DNA of 63,998 nucleotides, counting the filler, from Folioceros fuciformis (taxonomy: Eukaryota): the NCBI GenBank assembly GCA_049999805.1. It is 4 parts of 4 records of this genome, joined end to end, with 100 filler letters (N's around TTAATTAATTAA, not from the genome) between each part and the next. Parts side by side here need not be neighbours in the genome. Positions count along the whole stretch, not along the records: positions 1 to 28,906 come from JBNGIO010004590.1; 3 more parts are not named here. One strand, 5' to 3'. The notes under the pieces were generated by a model. The model worked only from the letters and a program-made list of their open reading frames with translations. It was not told where the DNA came from and did not search any database. The translations under genes were made by a program, and so were the position numbers. Each line of letters opens with the position of its first letter. Position 1 is the stretch's first letter. This document shows positions 11,808 through 24,555 of the stretch, piece by piece.

Positions 11808-14212
11808 CAGTCAAACCCTTCTAATTGGGACCCCTATAAATGGGAACCCCCCTTAAATGGAACGTCCGGGCTTACTCCCTTGAATGTGCTACATGCTAAA
11901 TGGGAAACCCCTTTAATTTGTAAATGGGAACATGTTTCCCAAACATTCAATGTAAGTACACCTCTGTAAAAGGGAAAATATTTTAAAAATAAAAAATAGA
12001 GGAAATGATCTTATAAGATTAAATCATGAGTTATTGAGATTATGTCAAGCTATCGAGATTATATCATAAAACATAGACAATCATCGAGATTGTCATCGAG
12101 ATTGAGCCTATATATGTAGTAGTTATGTACACTATGCTTTGTGATCAGAAGCATTGTTCATGTTACATAAGTTGTTTCATTGTACAAGTTGTCTTATGGT
12201 GTTGTAAGTTGTGTTATGGTGTTGTAAGTTGTTGTCTTGCTGTGAGATATTTTGTATGTGTTCCTTATCCATTCTCTGTGACGTGTAGGAACAATGTCAT
12301 CCAAGCCGCCGCGCAAGCATGCAACCCTAACAAAACAACAAAAGAAAGAGGTTTGCGAATATTATGTCCAACAGCCTTGCACACTTAAGGAGTTGACTAG
12401 ATGGACAATAGAGAAGTTTTTAATAGCATATTCTAACAGTGCATTGTCTAGGATTGTGAAAAACAAAGACAAATGGTTGGACCTTGCTATTGGTCCAACG
12501 ACTTATATGGCAGGAATAAAGAATAGACCAGTTGTATGCCCACAGGTTGACCACACAGTACACGTTTGGGCTCTTGCAATCCAAGCTGAAGGTGCCACAA
12601 TTTCAGATAACTTGCTTCGTGAGATGGCTTCCAAATTCCACGAGAAGATTCCTAAAGATGAGAGACCAAAAATGACATACCATAGAGGTTGGGTTGCTCT
12701 GTGGAAGAAAATGTATAATTTTAAATCGGTTGTCAGACATGGAGAGGTAGGGAGTGTTGACAATACGAAAGCAGTGAAGGCAGCTATTAGAGAGCTGTAA
12801 CTTCAAGTTCTTGATTATGGAGCTGAAAATGTTTTTAATATGGATGAGACTTGTCTTTTCTTCAGAGCACCGCCGAACAAGACACTTGCAACAATGCGTA
12901 TTGCAAGACAGAAGCAATTTAAGGATCGGTTGACAATTGGACTGACAACAAATGTTGATGGATCTTGCAAGTTGCCACCTTTTGTGATTAACAGATATCT
13001 TAGGCCTCGTGCTTTCTCTATCGGGAATGTTCAAAATCCCGAGAATTTGAATATTATCTGGTTTGCAAACCGAAAGGCATGGATGACAATAGAGCTGTTT
13101 GAGAAGTTTTTGCTAGATTTTGATCAGAGGATGGTTGCATCAGGGCGGACTAGAGTGTTACTTATAGTGGATAATTGTCCTGGGCATCGGTTTGGTAATG
13201 CAGCTCAATTGCAAGTTACAAAGGTGGTTTTCTTTCCACCCAATGTGATAAGCGTATATCAACCTTTGGACCAGGGGATCATCTGTTCTTTCAAGGCTCT
13301 GTATCGCAAGTTGATGATTTCGTACCAATGCAACCAGATCATAGACAATGCGGCTACAACTATCAATGTATATCAAGCAGTGGTTATGCTGGTAAAAGCT
13401 TGGACTTCATTTGTGAAACCTCATACCATACGCAATTGTTGGAGGCATAGCACTTTGGATGCGGAATTGCGTGCACAAGATGCTCGGTTCCGTGAGTCTT
13501 TAGATCTAAACAGCGCACCATATGATCCAGAAGATCCATTGTCGGATCCTCAAAATCACTCTAATTCGTTGGAAACGCAGGTAGAAGAGCTACAACAGTC
13601 CATGCGAAGCTTAGCATTATTAACATCTGAGGATATGACAGGAATTGCTGATGTTGGATATCCAACGATGACAGCTAAAGAGTATCTGAACTTTGAGGAG
13701 GATGAAGGATTGGAGACTACGTATATTCCTACAGAGGACGAAATATGGCAAGCATTAATCCCTGCGCCTGTCAATGAGGAGCGTGAGGAGAATGATACAG
13801 TGTCAGTGGAGACCATAGCGCTAAGACTGCGTACGACAAAGGATGCTGTAGATAATGCTACAAGGATAGCAAAGATGTTTTTGGAAGAGATATCACACAA
13901 CACTCTTGATGCTTTGAAGTTGCATTCTCAGTTGGAAAAACATATTGCTAGTCATTGGATGAAGGCAACTCGTCATCAATCAAGGATTGATGATTATTTT
14001 AACCCGGCAAACTAGAATTAGGTTGGCATCTATGTAGTATGAAGGAGCATTTTGGATTTTTTGGAAACTTTTAAACTCTTTCAAAATTTTTATTAAAAGG
14101 ATTTTTTAAATATTTTTATTTTCAAAAATAATGAAAAATCCTAAATGGGAACCTCTCTAAATGGGAGGATTTGTCTTACTTCCAATTGTTCCCAATTAGA
14201 GGGGTTTGACTG
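11808..14212 (+). mobile_element. pogo/Tigger-family (Tc1/mariner-pogo) DNA transposon, full length (2405 bp)
   Basis: 23-bp TIRs CAGTCAAACCC(T/C)TCTAATTGGGA with one mismatch. TA target duplication at 11806-11807 and 14213-14214. Multiple subterminal TAAATGGGA repeats. Confidence 0.95.
12294..14015 (+). pseudogene. pogo transposase (CENP-B-type HTH + DDE_1 domain) with one in-frame premature stop
   Basis: ORFs 12294-12800 and 12840-14015 are in the same frame, separated only by TAA at 12798-12800. Motifs VFNMDET, IVDNCPGH and QPLDQGII give DD32D spacing. Confidence 0.9.
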
Positions 14213-15055
14213 TATTAGACGAAGCCATTGAATATAAGCAAATGCTCCCAATGGTGGTTCCAGACAAAAAGGGTGCCACCCATCATTGCATCTACCACAC
14301 AATAACATCCAATGATTGCTACCAAGGTCTCCACACCCCGTGCAAACAAATCCCCTCTTTGGTATAAAAGCCAACGCGTCAATTGTTGGGTTCAAGTGAG
14401 GTAAATGGCATGGCGCACCATTTTTTACATGTTCTAAACAAGTTGTGTCATCCCTCCCCTTTAACTCCAAGACTCTATTTGGCTTCGACCTCTTCACCCT
14501 TTATATTATCTTCCTGGCACTAATATCAATTATTGTCATTGTCTTCCTATGCAAGTACACATAACCCCCCTCTTCTCACTTCCTTGCTTTAGGCCTAAAA
14601 TGCCTACATCTTGTTTTCTTATGTCTCAAAATCATCTCTATGTTGAGCCATATGAACAAATTATCGATTGGAATGGGTATGATCGTCTTAAGCAATTTTG
14701 CTCTATATTTTACTATCTTTAACCATTAATAAGGATTATCCAACTCCATAATAGTGTTCACTTTATCCTCTAGTATTCTATACAATTGTGGCCCTTGCTT
14801 AAACAATAACATGTATGGTGAAAACTTTCCCAAATATGTTTATCTGCTCATCCTATAATCCACTGCAAGAAACGGTAACATCATATGTCATTCACTTTTA
14901 TCCATCACCACACAATATTTTCCTAAAGCCTTCTTACATGTATGCACAATATTTTCCTAAAGCCTTCTTACATGTCTGCACCATCCTTTCTTCCAGATCA
15001 TCAGCTTCTGGATGGTTTCTGGAAGTAACCCTATGATCCCTCTGGATTTTGTGCC

Positions 15056-15546
15056 TTGGTTTGGACAACCTTTTGCACAAGCTCAAAAAATACTAAACAC
15101 ATCATTGAGGAATGCCTCCCTAATATCACCAAAGCTATTTCTTTTGGCGCTTGTGGTTGCAAGGGGAATGTTCACCCTCAGGTTTCACAGGTTTTAGAGG
15201 CAAGTAAGTTGCTGACCATAGAGAAGGCCACTCCTAGGGTGNNNNNNNNNNTAGAGGCAAGTAAGTTGCTGACCATAGAGAAGGCCACTCCTAGGGTGTG
15301 TCCAATCGTTGTGATAGAGGCTTTCTTGCGGCTCATCAGTAGGAGTATTGCTATTAAGTTCGGAGATCATTTCCAATCTCATCTCAATCCTCACCAATTT
15401 GGGATTTCAACTCCAAGAGGTTATGAATTGGTCGCATTTGAGGTTTCGGCAATTCTTGAGTCTCACCTAAACTAGGTTGTTGTGTTCTTGGACGTAAAAA
15501 ATGCCTTCAACACAGTATCCAGGACAACTATCTTTAATGAGCTTTT
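15056..15546 (+). mobile_element. Fragment of a CRE-like (RLE-type) non-LTR retrotransposon reverse transcriptase
   Basis: LLTIEK..VCPIVVIEAFLRL...HLNPHQFGISTPRG(Y)E...VFLDVKNAFNTVSR matches the N-terminal RT motifs of CRE/R2-like elements. One internal stop and a gap. Confidence 0.7.
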
Positions 15547-15998
15547 AGGTGATGGAGGGCAGTTGGCAAGGTGGTGGCACAGCACTGCGATAGCTCGTTG
15601 AAGTGAAAACCCTAATTAAGTCACGAGCGATGGATTTAGTTAAACAACCTTGGTCCAGCAACACAAGTGCTAGCAAGCGGCCTTGTTGTGATAGGGCATG
15701 TTGATATTGGAACCCGTCATCGCCTATATACATATCCAGCATGTGTGACCCCGCTGGATATGATTCATGGTATCCGCTCACATTTCCTCATATGCTAATG
15801 CCGATTTGCTGGAGTAAGCATTTCAATATCAGCACCGTTATCCTTAAGTTTGAAACCACGTAATGGCTCCGTTTCTCATTTATCTCCCAGACCTATTGGA
15901 ACCATGGTGATCTCGAACAACAAATGAGAAGAGAGACAACTAAACACGCGTTGTCTACGTCATTTATTAGACAGATTAAACTTGCGGTTGGTCTCGAA

Positions 15999-17570
15999 TT
16001 ATACGGCGGCCGAAACAGGAAATAACGTCAACTTGCCCTCTTTGGGTTCACACCGAGATATCGCAATACCCAGTTGGCGCTCGAATTTCTTTACCACAAA
16101 GTCTTCGGTATACTCGCATACAGAGATGACATTTCCTCTCCGGCCCAGTCTGCCAGTGCGACCTGCTCGGTGCGCATAATGAGGTGCGTCAGTGGGCAAC
16201 TCTACGTTCACCACGAGGTCGCACCCAGGCACGTCTAGACCTCTAGCTGCAACTTCGGTGCACACAAGCACTCGGATCTTACGGTTACGGAAGGCAGTAA
16301 CAATATTTCCTCTCTGTACTTTTGTGAGCCCTCCATGTAGTGCCCCCGCTGCCAGACCTCTGGCCTCCAGCTTGAACACGACATCCTTAACCGTGCTTGC
16401 ATAATTCATAAATACCAAGACCGATCGAGCTTGTAAAGCATGGATGCATCTCCTTGCAGTATCCACCTTTCGCTGCAAAGGACATACCACGTACCAATGC
16501 TGCAAGTTGGGGGGCAAGCTATGTGGAGCACTTGGTGCGATCTCTGGAAGGGTGAGGCTGGAATCCACACCGCCTTCGCTCACTTCGACAACAGAGGTAG
16601 CTCTAACAAGAAGAGGTTTCCGTCCCCATGTGCTCGCCGCTCTGAGAACGGCCGGAGGCATGGTTGCCGACAATAGTACTGTTTGACGCTCCACTCGGCG
16701 CTCAGCTTTGGATGCCACAGACGGTAACCTACTGTTCTTATTTCCTTCATGAAGATCTGGAGAACGTCTCTGCCCGACGTGCTCCAGAATTCTCTGCATG
16801 CTATCTCGAAACTTGAGGGAGAGAAGTTGATCCGCCTCATCTAAAACCAAGAAACGGCAACCATGAGTGTGAAGCCTGCCCGCTCGGCTGATATCAGAAA
16901 TTCTTCCTGGAGTCCCTACCACAATTACTGGCTTGTTCTTCCTCAAAGCTGCTTCCTGGTTCTTCACGTTAGCTCCTCCGATTAGCTGTTGCACGCAGTC
17001 GTGGTTGCTTGGACCTAAGAGCCGCTCAGCCTCTCTCACAATCTGCATTGCGAGTTCCCTAGACGGAGCGACGATGACAGCTTCAATCCCTCCTCTCCTG
17101 CATGCTTCATCTTGCCCGCTCAGAGGACCGATTCTAGACAGAACGGGAAGCAGGACCGCAAGAGTCTTACCAGATCCAGTGTGAGACTGGATGGCTGTGT
17201 CGTGACCATCCAAGATCACGGGAATCGCTGCAACCTGAACGTCGGTGGGCACCTTCAGCCCCTCGTCCACCAGACGTCGAACGACCATTGCGGAAAGCTT
17301 CAATCTATCGAAGCTCTGCTCAGCGAAAGGGAAGGAACGGGTATCAGCTGGATCTGAACTGGGTGCCCAATCGGCGGTGCTACCACTCCCGTCGGTATGG
17401 TGACGAGAGAGACCAGCAGAGTCATATTCGAGTGGAAACGAACCATCCCGCGGACTCCAGCGAGAGCTAGCAAAGGTGACGGCGCGGACGAATGGAGCAG
17501 CATTAAAGGCGTTGCGGACAGGCCTGAAAAACCCGAAGGGCGTTGGTGGCAGGCCACAAGTCTTGTACAT
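15999..17570 (-). CDS. ISE1: DEAD-box RNA helicase RH47/ISE1-like (organellar), single exon
   Basis: Q-motif PTDVQ, QSHTGSGKT, APSRELAMQ, GTPGR, LDEAD, LSAT, ARGLD and HRAGRTGR. The GANVKNQEAALRKNKPVIVVGTPGR...LHTHGCRFLVLDE segment is typical of RH47. First in-frame ATG is at 17570. Confidence 0.9.
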   Translation of the reverse strand: MYKTCGLPPTPFGFFRPVRNAFNAAPFVRAVTFASSRWSPRDGSFPLEYDSAGLSRHHTDGSGSTADWAPSSDPADTRSFPFAEQSFDRLKLSAMVVRRLVDEGLKVPTDVQVAAIPVILDGHDTAIQSHTGSGKTLAVLLPVLSRIGPLSGQDEACRRGGIEAVIVAPSRELAMQIVREAERLLGPSNHDCVQQLIGGANVKNQEAALRKNKPVIVVGTPGRISDISRAGRLHTHGCRFLVLDEADQLLSLKFRDSMQRILEHVGQRRSPDLHEGNKNSRLPSVASKAERRVERQTVLLSATMPPAVLRAASTWGRKPLLVRATSVVEVSEGGVDSSLTLPEIAPSAPHSLPPNLQHWYVVCPLQRKVDTARRCIHALQARSVLVFMNYASTVKDVVFKLEARGLAAGALHGGLTKVQRGNIVTAFRNRKIRVLVCTEVAARGLDVPGCDLVVNVELPTDAPHYAHRAGRTGRLGRRGNVISVCEYTEDFVVKKFERQLGIAISRCEPKEGKLTLFPVSAAV

Positions 17571-17748
17571 CTTGGGCTTAGCGCATCGCACGACGCCGCA
17601 TGCACTGTCGCTAGGCTTCACTACATGAAGTAGATTCTCTCCCAGAGAGAAACCCTATGCCAGTTTAGTTTACTGTCCCACCTGGTTTTTCTCCGCGAGC
17701 AGTCGGAAATACATCTATAGCTCCCCAACAGCTTTGCGTTCAGTTCCC
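17571..17748. promoter_or_regulatory. Probable bidirectional promoter between ISE1 and NOMO, containing a telo-box
   Basis: Only 178 bp separate the divergent start codons. AAACCCTA at 17650-17657. Confidence 0.55.
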
Positions 17749-20700
17749 ATGGATTGGAGATGCGGGCTAGTCGTGGCAGCTCTTCTGTATGGCCTTCTGG
17801 GCGCCGTGGAATCGGACACCATTCAGGGTTGCGGAGGATTCGTCGAGGTATGTCTGCTCATGGTTTTGAGCATGTTCCGCTTGGATTCCTAGATGCGCCG
17901 AATCGATTCCCAGCCTTCCTTTGTCAGCTTGGCTAAACACATCATGACACGTTTTGGACTTATTTTTTCTGACAATCATCGCAGCCCAGCACTGCCCTTT
18001 TGAAATTGAGAAATCCCTGGGATCCTAAGCTCGACTACTCGCATACCACGGTAGTCTCTGTTATCGTCTCGTGTCTACGTCCTGCCTTTCCATGTCTTTT
18101 CACGTTGCAGCAGTTAACAGCATCACGGTCAAGAAGTCAGATTCTTGAAGGGAAATATGGAGGATGCCTTGTACTTACGCACGCTCTTCGCAGGTGGAGC
18201 TTCAAACTTTAGATGGACTGGTGAAAGACAGAACTCAATGTGCTCCAAATGGGTATTACTTTTTGCCGGTCTACGACAAGGTAGATCCCTATGCCAACTG
18301 TGTGTAGGGATGTGTGTGGTCCAATTGCAGGAGGTGTTATTAATCCGAGGTTGGACCCTTAATTGGTCTATTTTTCTCGAATTGCAGGGTGCATTTATTA
18401 TCAGGATCAATGGACAAGAGGGGTGGTCTTTTGAATCGAATCAGGCATTTTCTCCCTTCTGCACGTTAATGTGGTTTCATTCTGACTGCTTAGTTTGACT
18501 TTCGTCGAGCCATAGTGATAGCTTGAGAGTTAAGACGGTCTTCATCAATTGTAATCTGCTTCGTTTTACATCCCCGTTGCGACAGAAGTTATCTAATTTA
18601 GTGTGGGCAATGGCGTGTTATGCAGGTTACCGTTGTGCCAGGTCAGGATGGTTGCGAGGAAAATAATATCAACTTCCGATACACAGGGTACTGCTTTGTC
18701 CTTGAAGATCTCGTCTTGGGGGCCATAATCTTACGCTAGCTTGATAATGCAGTCAACCACTTTTCCCTGTTCGCTCTATCTGTGCTTTAGCACTTGACTG
18801 GCCCCAGGTGACTCAAAGGCCTGTTTTCAGGTTCTCTATGTCTGGGAGGGTATTAGGTGCTGTAGGGGGAAGTAGTTGTGCAGCAGGGGACCAAGGGCCA
18901 GCAGGGGTGAGTGTTATGCTTGTCCCAGGCAAAGGTGAAGATGCACTGGCCAAACGAATAACTGTCGTCACGTCGAGGGGAGGCTTTTACAAGTTTGAGA
19001 ATCTGCCCCCGGGTACCACCGAACCATGCATACCTATGCTTTTCATTTGAATATGTTTCAGGAGAATACGCGTGGGCTTACTATTAGTCGACTGGAGGTT
19101 TTTCTTTTAATAGCCTGAGCCTTTGCAGGAACATTCACTGGTTGAAGTGACTGGATTTCAATGTAGTGAAGAAACTATGTAATTCTTGAAGCTGTTTTGT
19201 GAACAGGGCAATACATTTTGGAAGCTAGTCATCCTAGGCTACAGGTGGAGCTGACCGGTGAAGCTAAGGTTCACTTGTGGCTGATCCTTCATTGAGTTCA
19301 TAGTTCGTAGGGAAGAAGCTTTCACGTTTTGCAGATCTGCTCACCATCTTTTTCGTATTCTGCTGCAGGTGGAGCTAGCATGGGAGCCTTTTACTGTTGA
19401 TGATATTTTCCATGTGCCTGGCTATTTATTGGAAGGATTAGTTTTCTCTCAGGTTTGTACTATCTTCTGTAAGCTGCAAGCATAGTGCTGCATTGGGAAT
19501 GAATTTTGTAAGGTGATAATTGCTTGTCCAAGCATGTGACTGAGTGTGAAGCATGAACAATGGCTATCTAGGGCAATCCTGTTCTTGGGGTGGAATTCTA
19601 TTTGTTCTCTCTTGAACAAGCTCACTGCCCACAAAGATCCACGTTTCCTCCCGTCCCTCATCCTGCCACATGTTATGCAATCTCTGATGGCGCTGGGCAG
19701 TTTCTTTTCTCGAATGTCCCATGCGGTTAGTATGCTGTCTTCAACTCTGGTATTTGGTTACTTCCTGTTGTGAACAACTGGAGCATTTGTGGAAAACTGT
19801 TTGGCATGCAGGTCAATATAATTTGGTTCCTTACTATAGAGGAGGAAACACCATATTCGATGTCTCACCCAGTGTTGTTGACATCGCCGTTCATCATGAG
19901 TCTGTCACTCTGACCAACCCATTCCAGGTGCTTGTGAAGCCATATCTCGTGCATTTCGTGGCCCGAGTTTCATTTGGGGGATTGTTCCCGTAACAGTGAC
20001 TTACAGTTCCCCTGTGACCTTGCAGGTGACTGGATTCTCGGTTGCTGGGCGTGTCGTGAGGGGTGATGGTACAGGCGTTGGAGATGCAAAGATTTATGTA
20101 ACTGATGTCCTTCGAGCAACCTCAGACTCGCAAGGATACTACAAGCTTGACCAGGCATGCAGCTTCTGTTTGTGTTTATTGTAGCAGCTTGCAAGCAGCT
20201 CCTGTTGCCTGGGTGTTTGAATCCCATTTATCACACTCCAAAACTTCAGCAGAAGATTGTTGGTCAATGTTCTCATCAGGTCACCTCTACCCGCTATACA
20301 ATACGGGCAGAGAAAACTCACTACAGCTTCGCTCCCTTGCTGAACTTTCTGGTGAGGGTTACATGTTTGCCTCCCCCTGTAAGTCCTGTTCTTTTTGGTT
20401 TGCATATTTGCTATGGCTTCTTGCTAACTCCCAGGATGCCGAGCAGGTGCTTCCAAACATGGCTTCTATACCAGATATAATTGCTACGCACTACAATGTT
20501 TGTGGTGTTGTTGAAAGTATTCTCCCCGCTGTTAAAAACAAGGTCGATGTTTGTAGTCATTTGTCAAGAAATTGGATGGTGCTGGTGTTCTGTTGCTGTC
20601 TTTGTGTGGAAGGCATAGATTTGTGCATTCTAACTGTTGATCTTTCGGGTCCTGCCAGCATTACATCCAACTCACTCATGGACCTGTTGATTTTGAGCTA

Positions 20701-23700
20701 CAATCAAAGGAGGTTGATGACAAGGGATCGTTTTGTTTTGAGGTAGGTGGTCCTCCATGGTCTAGTATGTAATCAAGAATGTTGATCCTTCTCATGTCTT
20801 TTGTGCTGTCCTGTTGCAGGTTCCTCAAGGAGATTATAGGCTTTCCGTTTTGCCGGATGGAGAGGAAAAGGCTATGGGTGTGCTGTTTTTGCCACCTTTC
20901 TTGGATGTGTCTGTCAAGGAACCTGTTTTGAACCTTTTTTTCACTCAGGTATTATCTAGAGTCTGCATATCTTGCGCTTTGTCTCATCCTAATAATATCT
21001 TTGTAGTTTCTGGGGTTCATCAGATTTCGTTGCTGATAGGCCCAAGTTAGCATCTCTGGCACTGTGAAGTGTAAAGCTGGATGCAGCCCACGTGTGGCTG
21101 TGTCTCTTACTCCTACTGTAAACACACATTCTTCGGGAACAAAACCAGCTAGGCTATCATTTGTGGACAGCACCGGTGGTTTTAAATTTGACGGATTATT
21201 TCCTGGAAAATACATGCTTGAGGTACTTGCTGAAAAATCTTATTTTCAGATTAGCATCAGTTCAACATCTATGTTCTGTGATTAATCTTTATTTTGTTGG
21301 TAATGGTCAGGTTGCACATCAGTCCTCGAGTGACGTGAGCATTATGGACGATGAGTGGTGCTGGGAACAGAAGCAGTTGCTAGTAGAAGTAGTCACTGAT
21401 GATTTGGTTGGGCTTGCTTTTGTGCAAAAAGGTTTTTTGATGCCTGTCAAATCTACTCATACTGTAGAAGCTCTCATCCGGCATCCTAACAGCGGGGCTG
21501 TTCCTTTGAAAATCAAGGTTGAGCCTTCATGCAGTGCCAGGTTGTCCATTATTGGAATGATGTGATGTTGGTTCCGGGGTCAATAATGGCTGTTGACCTA
21601 ATAGCTGACTGTACTGTGGATTTTCCAGAGAGGGTGGCAGCAGGAATGCTTGGAAACCTCTGGTGTTCATGAACTGCTTTTTGGGGATGCATGTATTTAT
21701 TTTGGTGGAGACCCCTTCACTTATGATACCGACAAATCTCAGGTAGTTTCGTACAGCTTGATTGTATATCTGGTTCAGCAGAGGGAACCGAAGATATCGG
21801 TGACTTACAGCTTCTTGACTAGCACAGCTACTGGCAGTTGATTTTTCAAGGCTCAGTGACCTGTGTTTCAACCTTGCAGCCCATAGTTCTGGTGGGAGAG
21901 AAGTATTTGCTGAGAGGTCAAATACACATAGACTCAAGATTGTACCCAAATACAAACAAGTTGGGGAGCGTTTCTTTAGATGTGCAGCAGGCAGAACGGA
22001 CTATGGTATGGCCAATCAAGGCCTACATAGTCTCTGAAGCAAATGAATCTCATCCGGTTGCAATTTTTCAATACTCTTATTTGGCCGAAATGGGCGACAT
22101 GATAACTTTCGCACCCAGATATGCTAGGTAATGTGAAGTCATCTATTTGCTTTCTGCCTTTATCTATCCTTGTTTGCAAAGCTTCTACATTGATACTACT
22201 AGACTTTTTTCTCAAGTTAAAGGTTACGGTGAATGATGGTTGGCAGACATCTCTCACAGCAGGACAGTCATCCGGTGCGTCCTGAGCTTGATGGTGTGCT
22301 CTTCTACCCAATTCTACAACAGGTACAAGGCATCTTTCCTCAGCTGTTGAGTTGGCACCTTTCAAATGGCTATGAGATGCATGTTAGGGTTTAGGGTTTA
22401 GAGTGACTCTTCGGAAGTTGCAACCTTGTGCAGGTGCATGTGAAAGTTGATGCATGCCAACCTGAGATCCCAACTTTTCATGGACGACCAGGAGTGCTTG
22501 TCAGAGGAAGCGTAAGTCCAGCTCTTGAAGGAGTGGGCATAACTGTCATTGCAAATGAAGAAAGCAGTGTTGGTTCTTTGAAGGTTGGAGATATTGCTTT
22601 TAGGACATCAACAGCACAAGATGGGCTCTTTACAGCAGGTCCCCTCTTTGATGACACAACCTACAGTGTGAAAGCAGATAAGGTAACTGCATTGCATTAT
22701 CATTCCAGCTAAATAACTCTCCATAGGTTATTCCCGAGGCTGACGTTTGGAGCTCAGGCCGGATATTATTTCAAGCCTCTTGGAAACAATTCATTTGCTT
22801 GTCATCAACTTGGTCAAATAAGAGTAAGTATATTGCCTGGAGACGGAGCAGAAAGTCAACTTCCAGAAGTCCTCTTGTCTCTCAGCGGTGATGATGGCTA
22901 TCGGAAGAATGCAGCAACTGCCAGAGGGGGAGTCCTAACGTTTGAAAATCTGTTTCCTGGCAGTTTTTTCTTGCGGCCACTTTTGAAGGTAGCATGCTGT
23001 TTGTGATGGTGAAGATCTCTATCATGTAGCTTGTTTGTTGGTCTAAAGTTCTTAGATTTCCCTCAGGAGTACAAGTTCTCACCTGCTGCAGCAGCAATTG
23101 AAGTGGCATCTGGAGTGACCAAGGAGGTGGATTTTCTGGCCAATCGAATTGCTTACAGGTCTGCCCTTGAGGGATGTAAGCAGCTCTTCACGAGCAAGAA
23201 ATGTCTAGATCTTGAGAAATCAGGGAAGGATGTGGTAAAACTTCACGGTGTTGCTTTGCAGTGTATTTGGTGTTGTAAGATCTCTCAATGGAAAGCCCGA
23301 AGAAGGGGTGTTTTTAGAAGCCCGCTCTCACAATGCGGAGTTCTATGAGGAGACTATGACAGGTCCGGAAGGTAGATACAGACTTAGAGGTCTCACACCT
23401 CATTCAAACTATGTTTTACAAGTCATCAGTAAAGCTGACCATCGAACAATGCTAAAAGTGGAGCGAGCTGTGCCAGTTTCGGTGACCTTGGAGGTATGAG
23501 TACAAAATTGCCCCTCAACTTGATACCACCGTCACCTAGTTTTGTCATATTCTCTTTTGAGATGAAATGATCTGCAAGGATGTGATTCTGTGTCAAACAA
23601 ATTAGATTCAAGCACAGATATTCTTGCAGGTCACAAATATGGACATCTTAGGAGTGAACTTTGTGGTGTTTGAGCAAGCTGAAACGGCCGTAATGATGGG

Positions 23701-24555
23701 AGTGGCGGAAGGGGTGGGTGTAGAAGGAGGAATTGGGCACCCACACTTGGTAGTAGAAGCCATATCTATTTTGGAGACAAACAGGGTGGAAACAAGAAGA
23801 TTGTCGGCCATCAATTACTTTGAATTCAAAGAGCTTCCGAAATGCAGATATGTTTTGCGACTTGTAGCAGATTTACCTGATCAGGCACACGATTTTGAGT
23901 CAGACGTGATTGAGGGAGATCTTCAACAGAAAGCTTTTGTTCAACTGGAGCCCATAACGTTCTTCGTGAAAAAACGACTGCATAAAGCTGTAAGTATCCA
24001 TCTCTATCTCGCTCGCTTCTCGTCCATCAGCTTTCTGGTCTGGGCCCGAGAATGTAACTTTCAAGTATTCTGTGGAGGGAAGTCCACCTGTGTCGGTTTG
24101 ATTTTAATTGAAGTTTGTCATTGGAGTCCACCTGTATTGGTTGATTGTAATTGAAGTGTGTCATTGAAGTCTACCTTTATCGGTTGATTGTAATTGAAGT
24201 TTGTCATTGAAGTCCACCTGCATTGGTTGATTATAATTGAAGTGTGTCATTGAAGTCCACCTGTATCGGTTGATTGTAATTGACGTTTGTCATTGTTCTT
24301 CAGGAGATCATTTCGGCTCCCGTAGTTCCAATTTTTGCAGCAATGCTTGTCATAACTTTCGTTGCTACTATTCCCAGGTGGGCTCCGTTATAACCCCTTC
24401 TACTTCAGTGTCTATTAATGCGACTGACTGAAGAGGAAGTTTGCATACAATGCAGGTTAAGGGAGGTGTACCACGCCATTGCCGGGGGCGGAACGAGTAC
24501 TGCGGGAGCACAGAAGAAAGACATGAAAAAGACTATACCTCGAAAACGGGCTTAG
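17749..24555 (+). CDS. NOMO1: Nodal modulator (NOMO) homolog, ER membrane protein, many exons
   Basis: Signal peptide then DTIQGCGGFVE, KLDYSH, VELQTLDGLVKDRTQCAPNGYYFLPVYDKG, FQVTGFSVAGRV, GYYKLDQVT, FTAGPLFDD and LFPGSFFLRPLLKEYKF. C-terminal TM segment and KKTIPRKRA* stop at 24553-24555. Confidence 0.92.
24082..24295. repeat. 43-bp intronic minisatellite, 5 copies, in the penultimate NOMO intron
   Basis: Unit GTCCACCTGTATCGGTTGATTGTAATTGAAGTTTGTCATTGAA repeated tandemly. Confidence 0.9.

Larger units (their letters stand above)
10564..14900 (-). mobile_element. Ty3/gypsy remnant with integrase C-terminus + PHD finger, split by a pogo insertion
   Basis: Minus-strand RVLELKGRDD..EHVKNGAPCHLPHLNPTID followed by CTGCGD..MLLCGRCNDGWHPFCLEPPL..W (14215-14497). 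The reading continues beyond the pogo at 11805 (ICVVIDTL*), then PPT and LTR. Confidence 0.75.

Noticed and set aside
15195-15298. Exact ~47-bp duplication either side of a 10-N gap
   Set aside because: Most likely overlapping contig ends left unmerged.
22384-22400. TTAGGGTTTAGGGTTTA telomere-like tract in a NOMO intron
   Set aside because: Only about two units, and such short interstitial motifs are common in plant genes.
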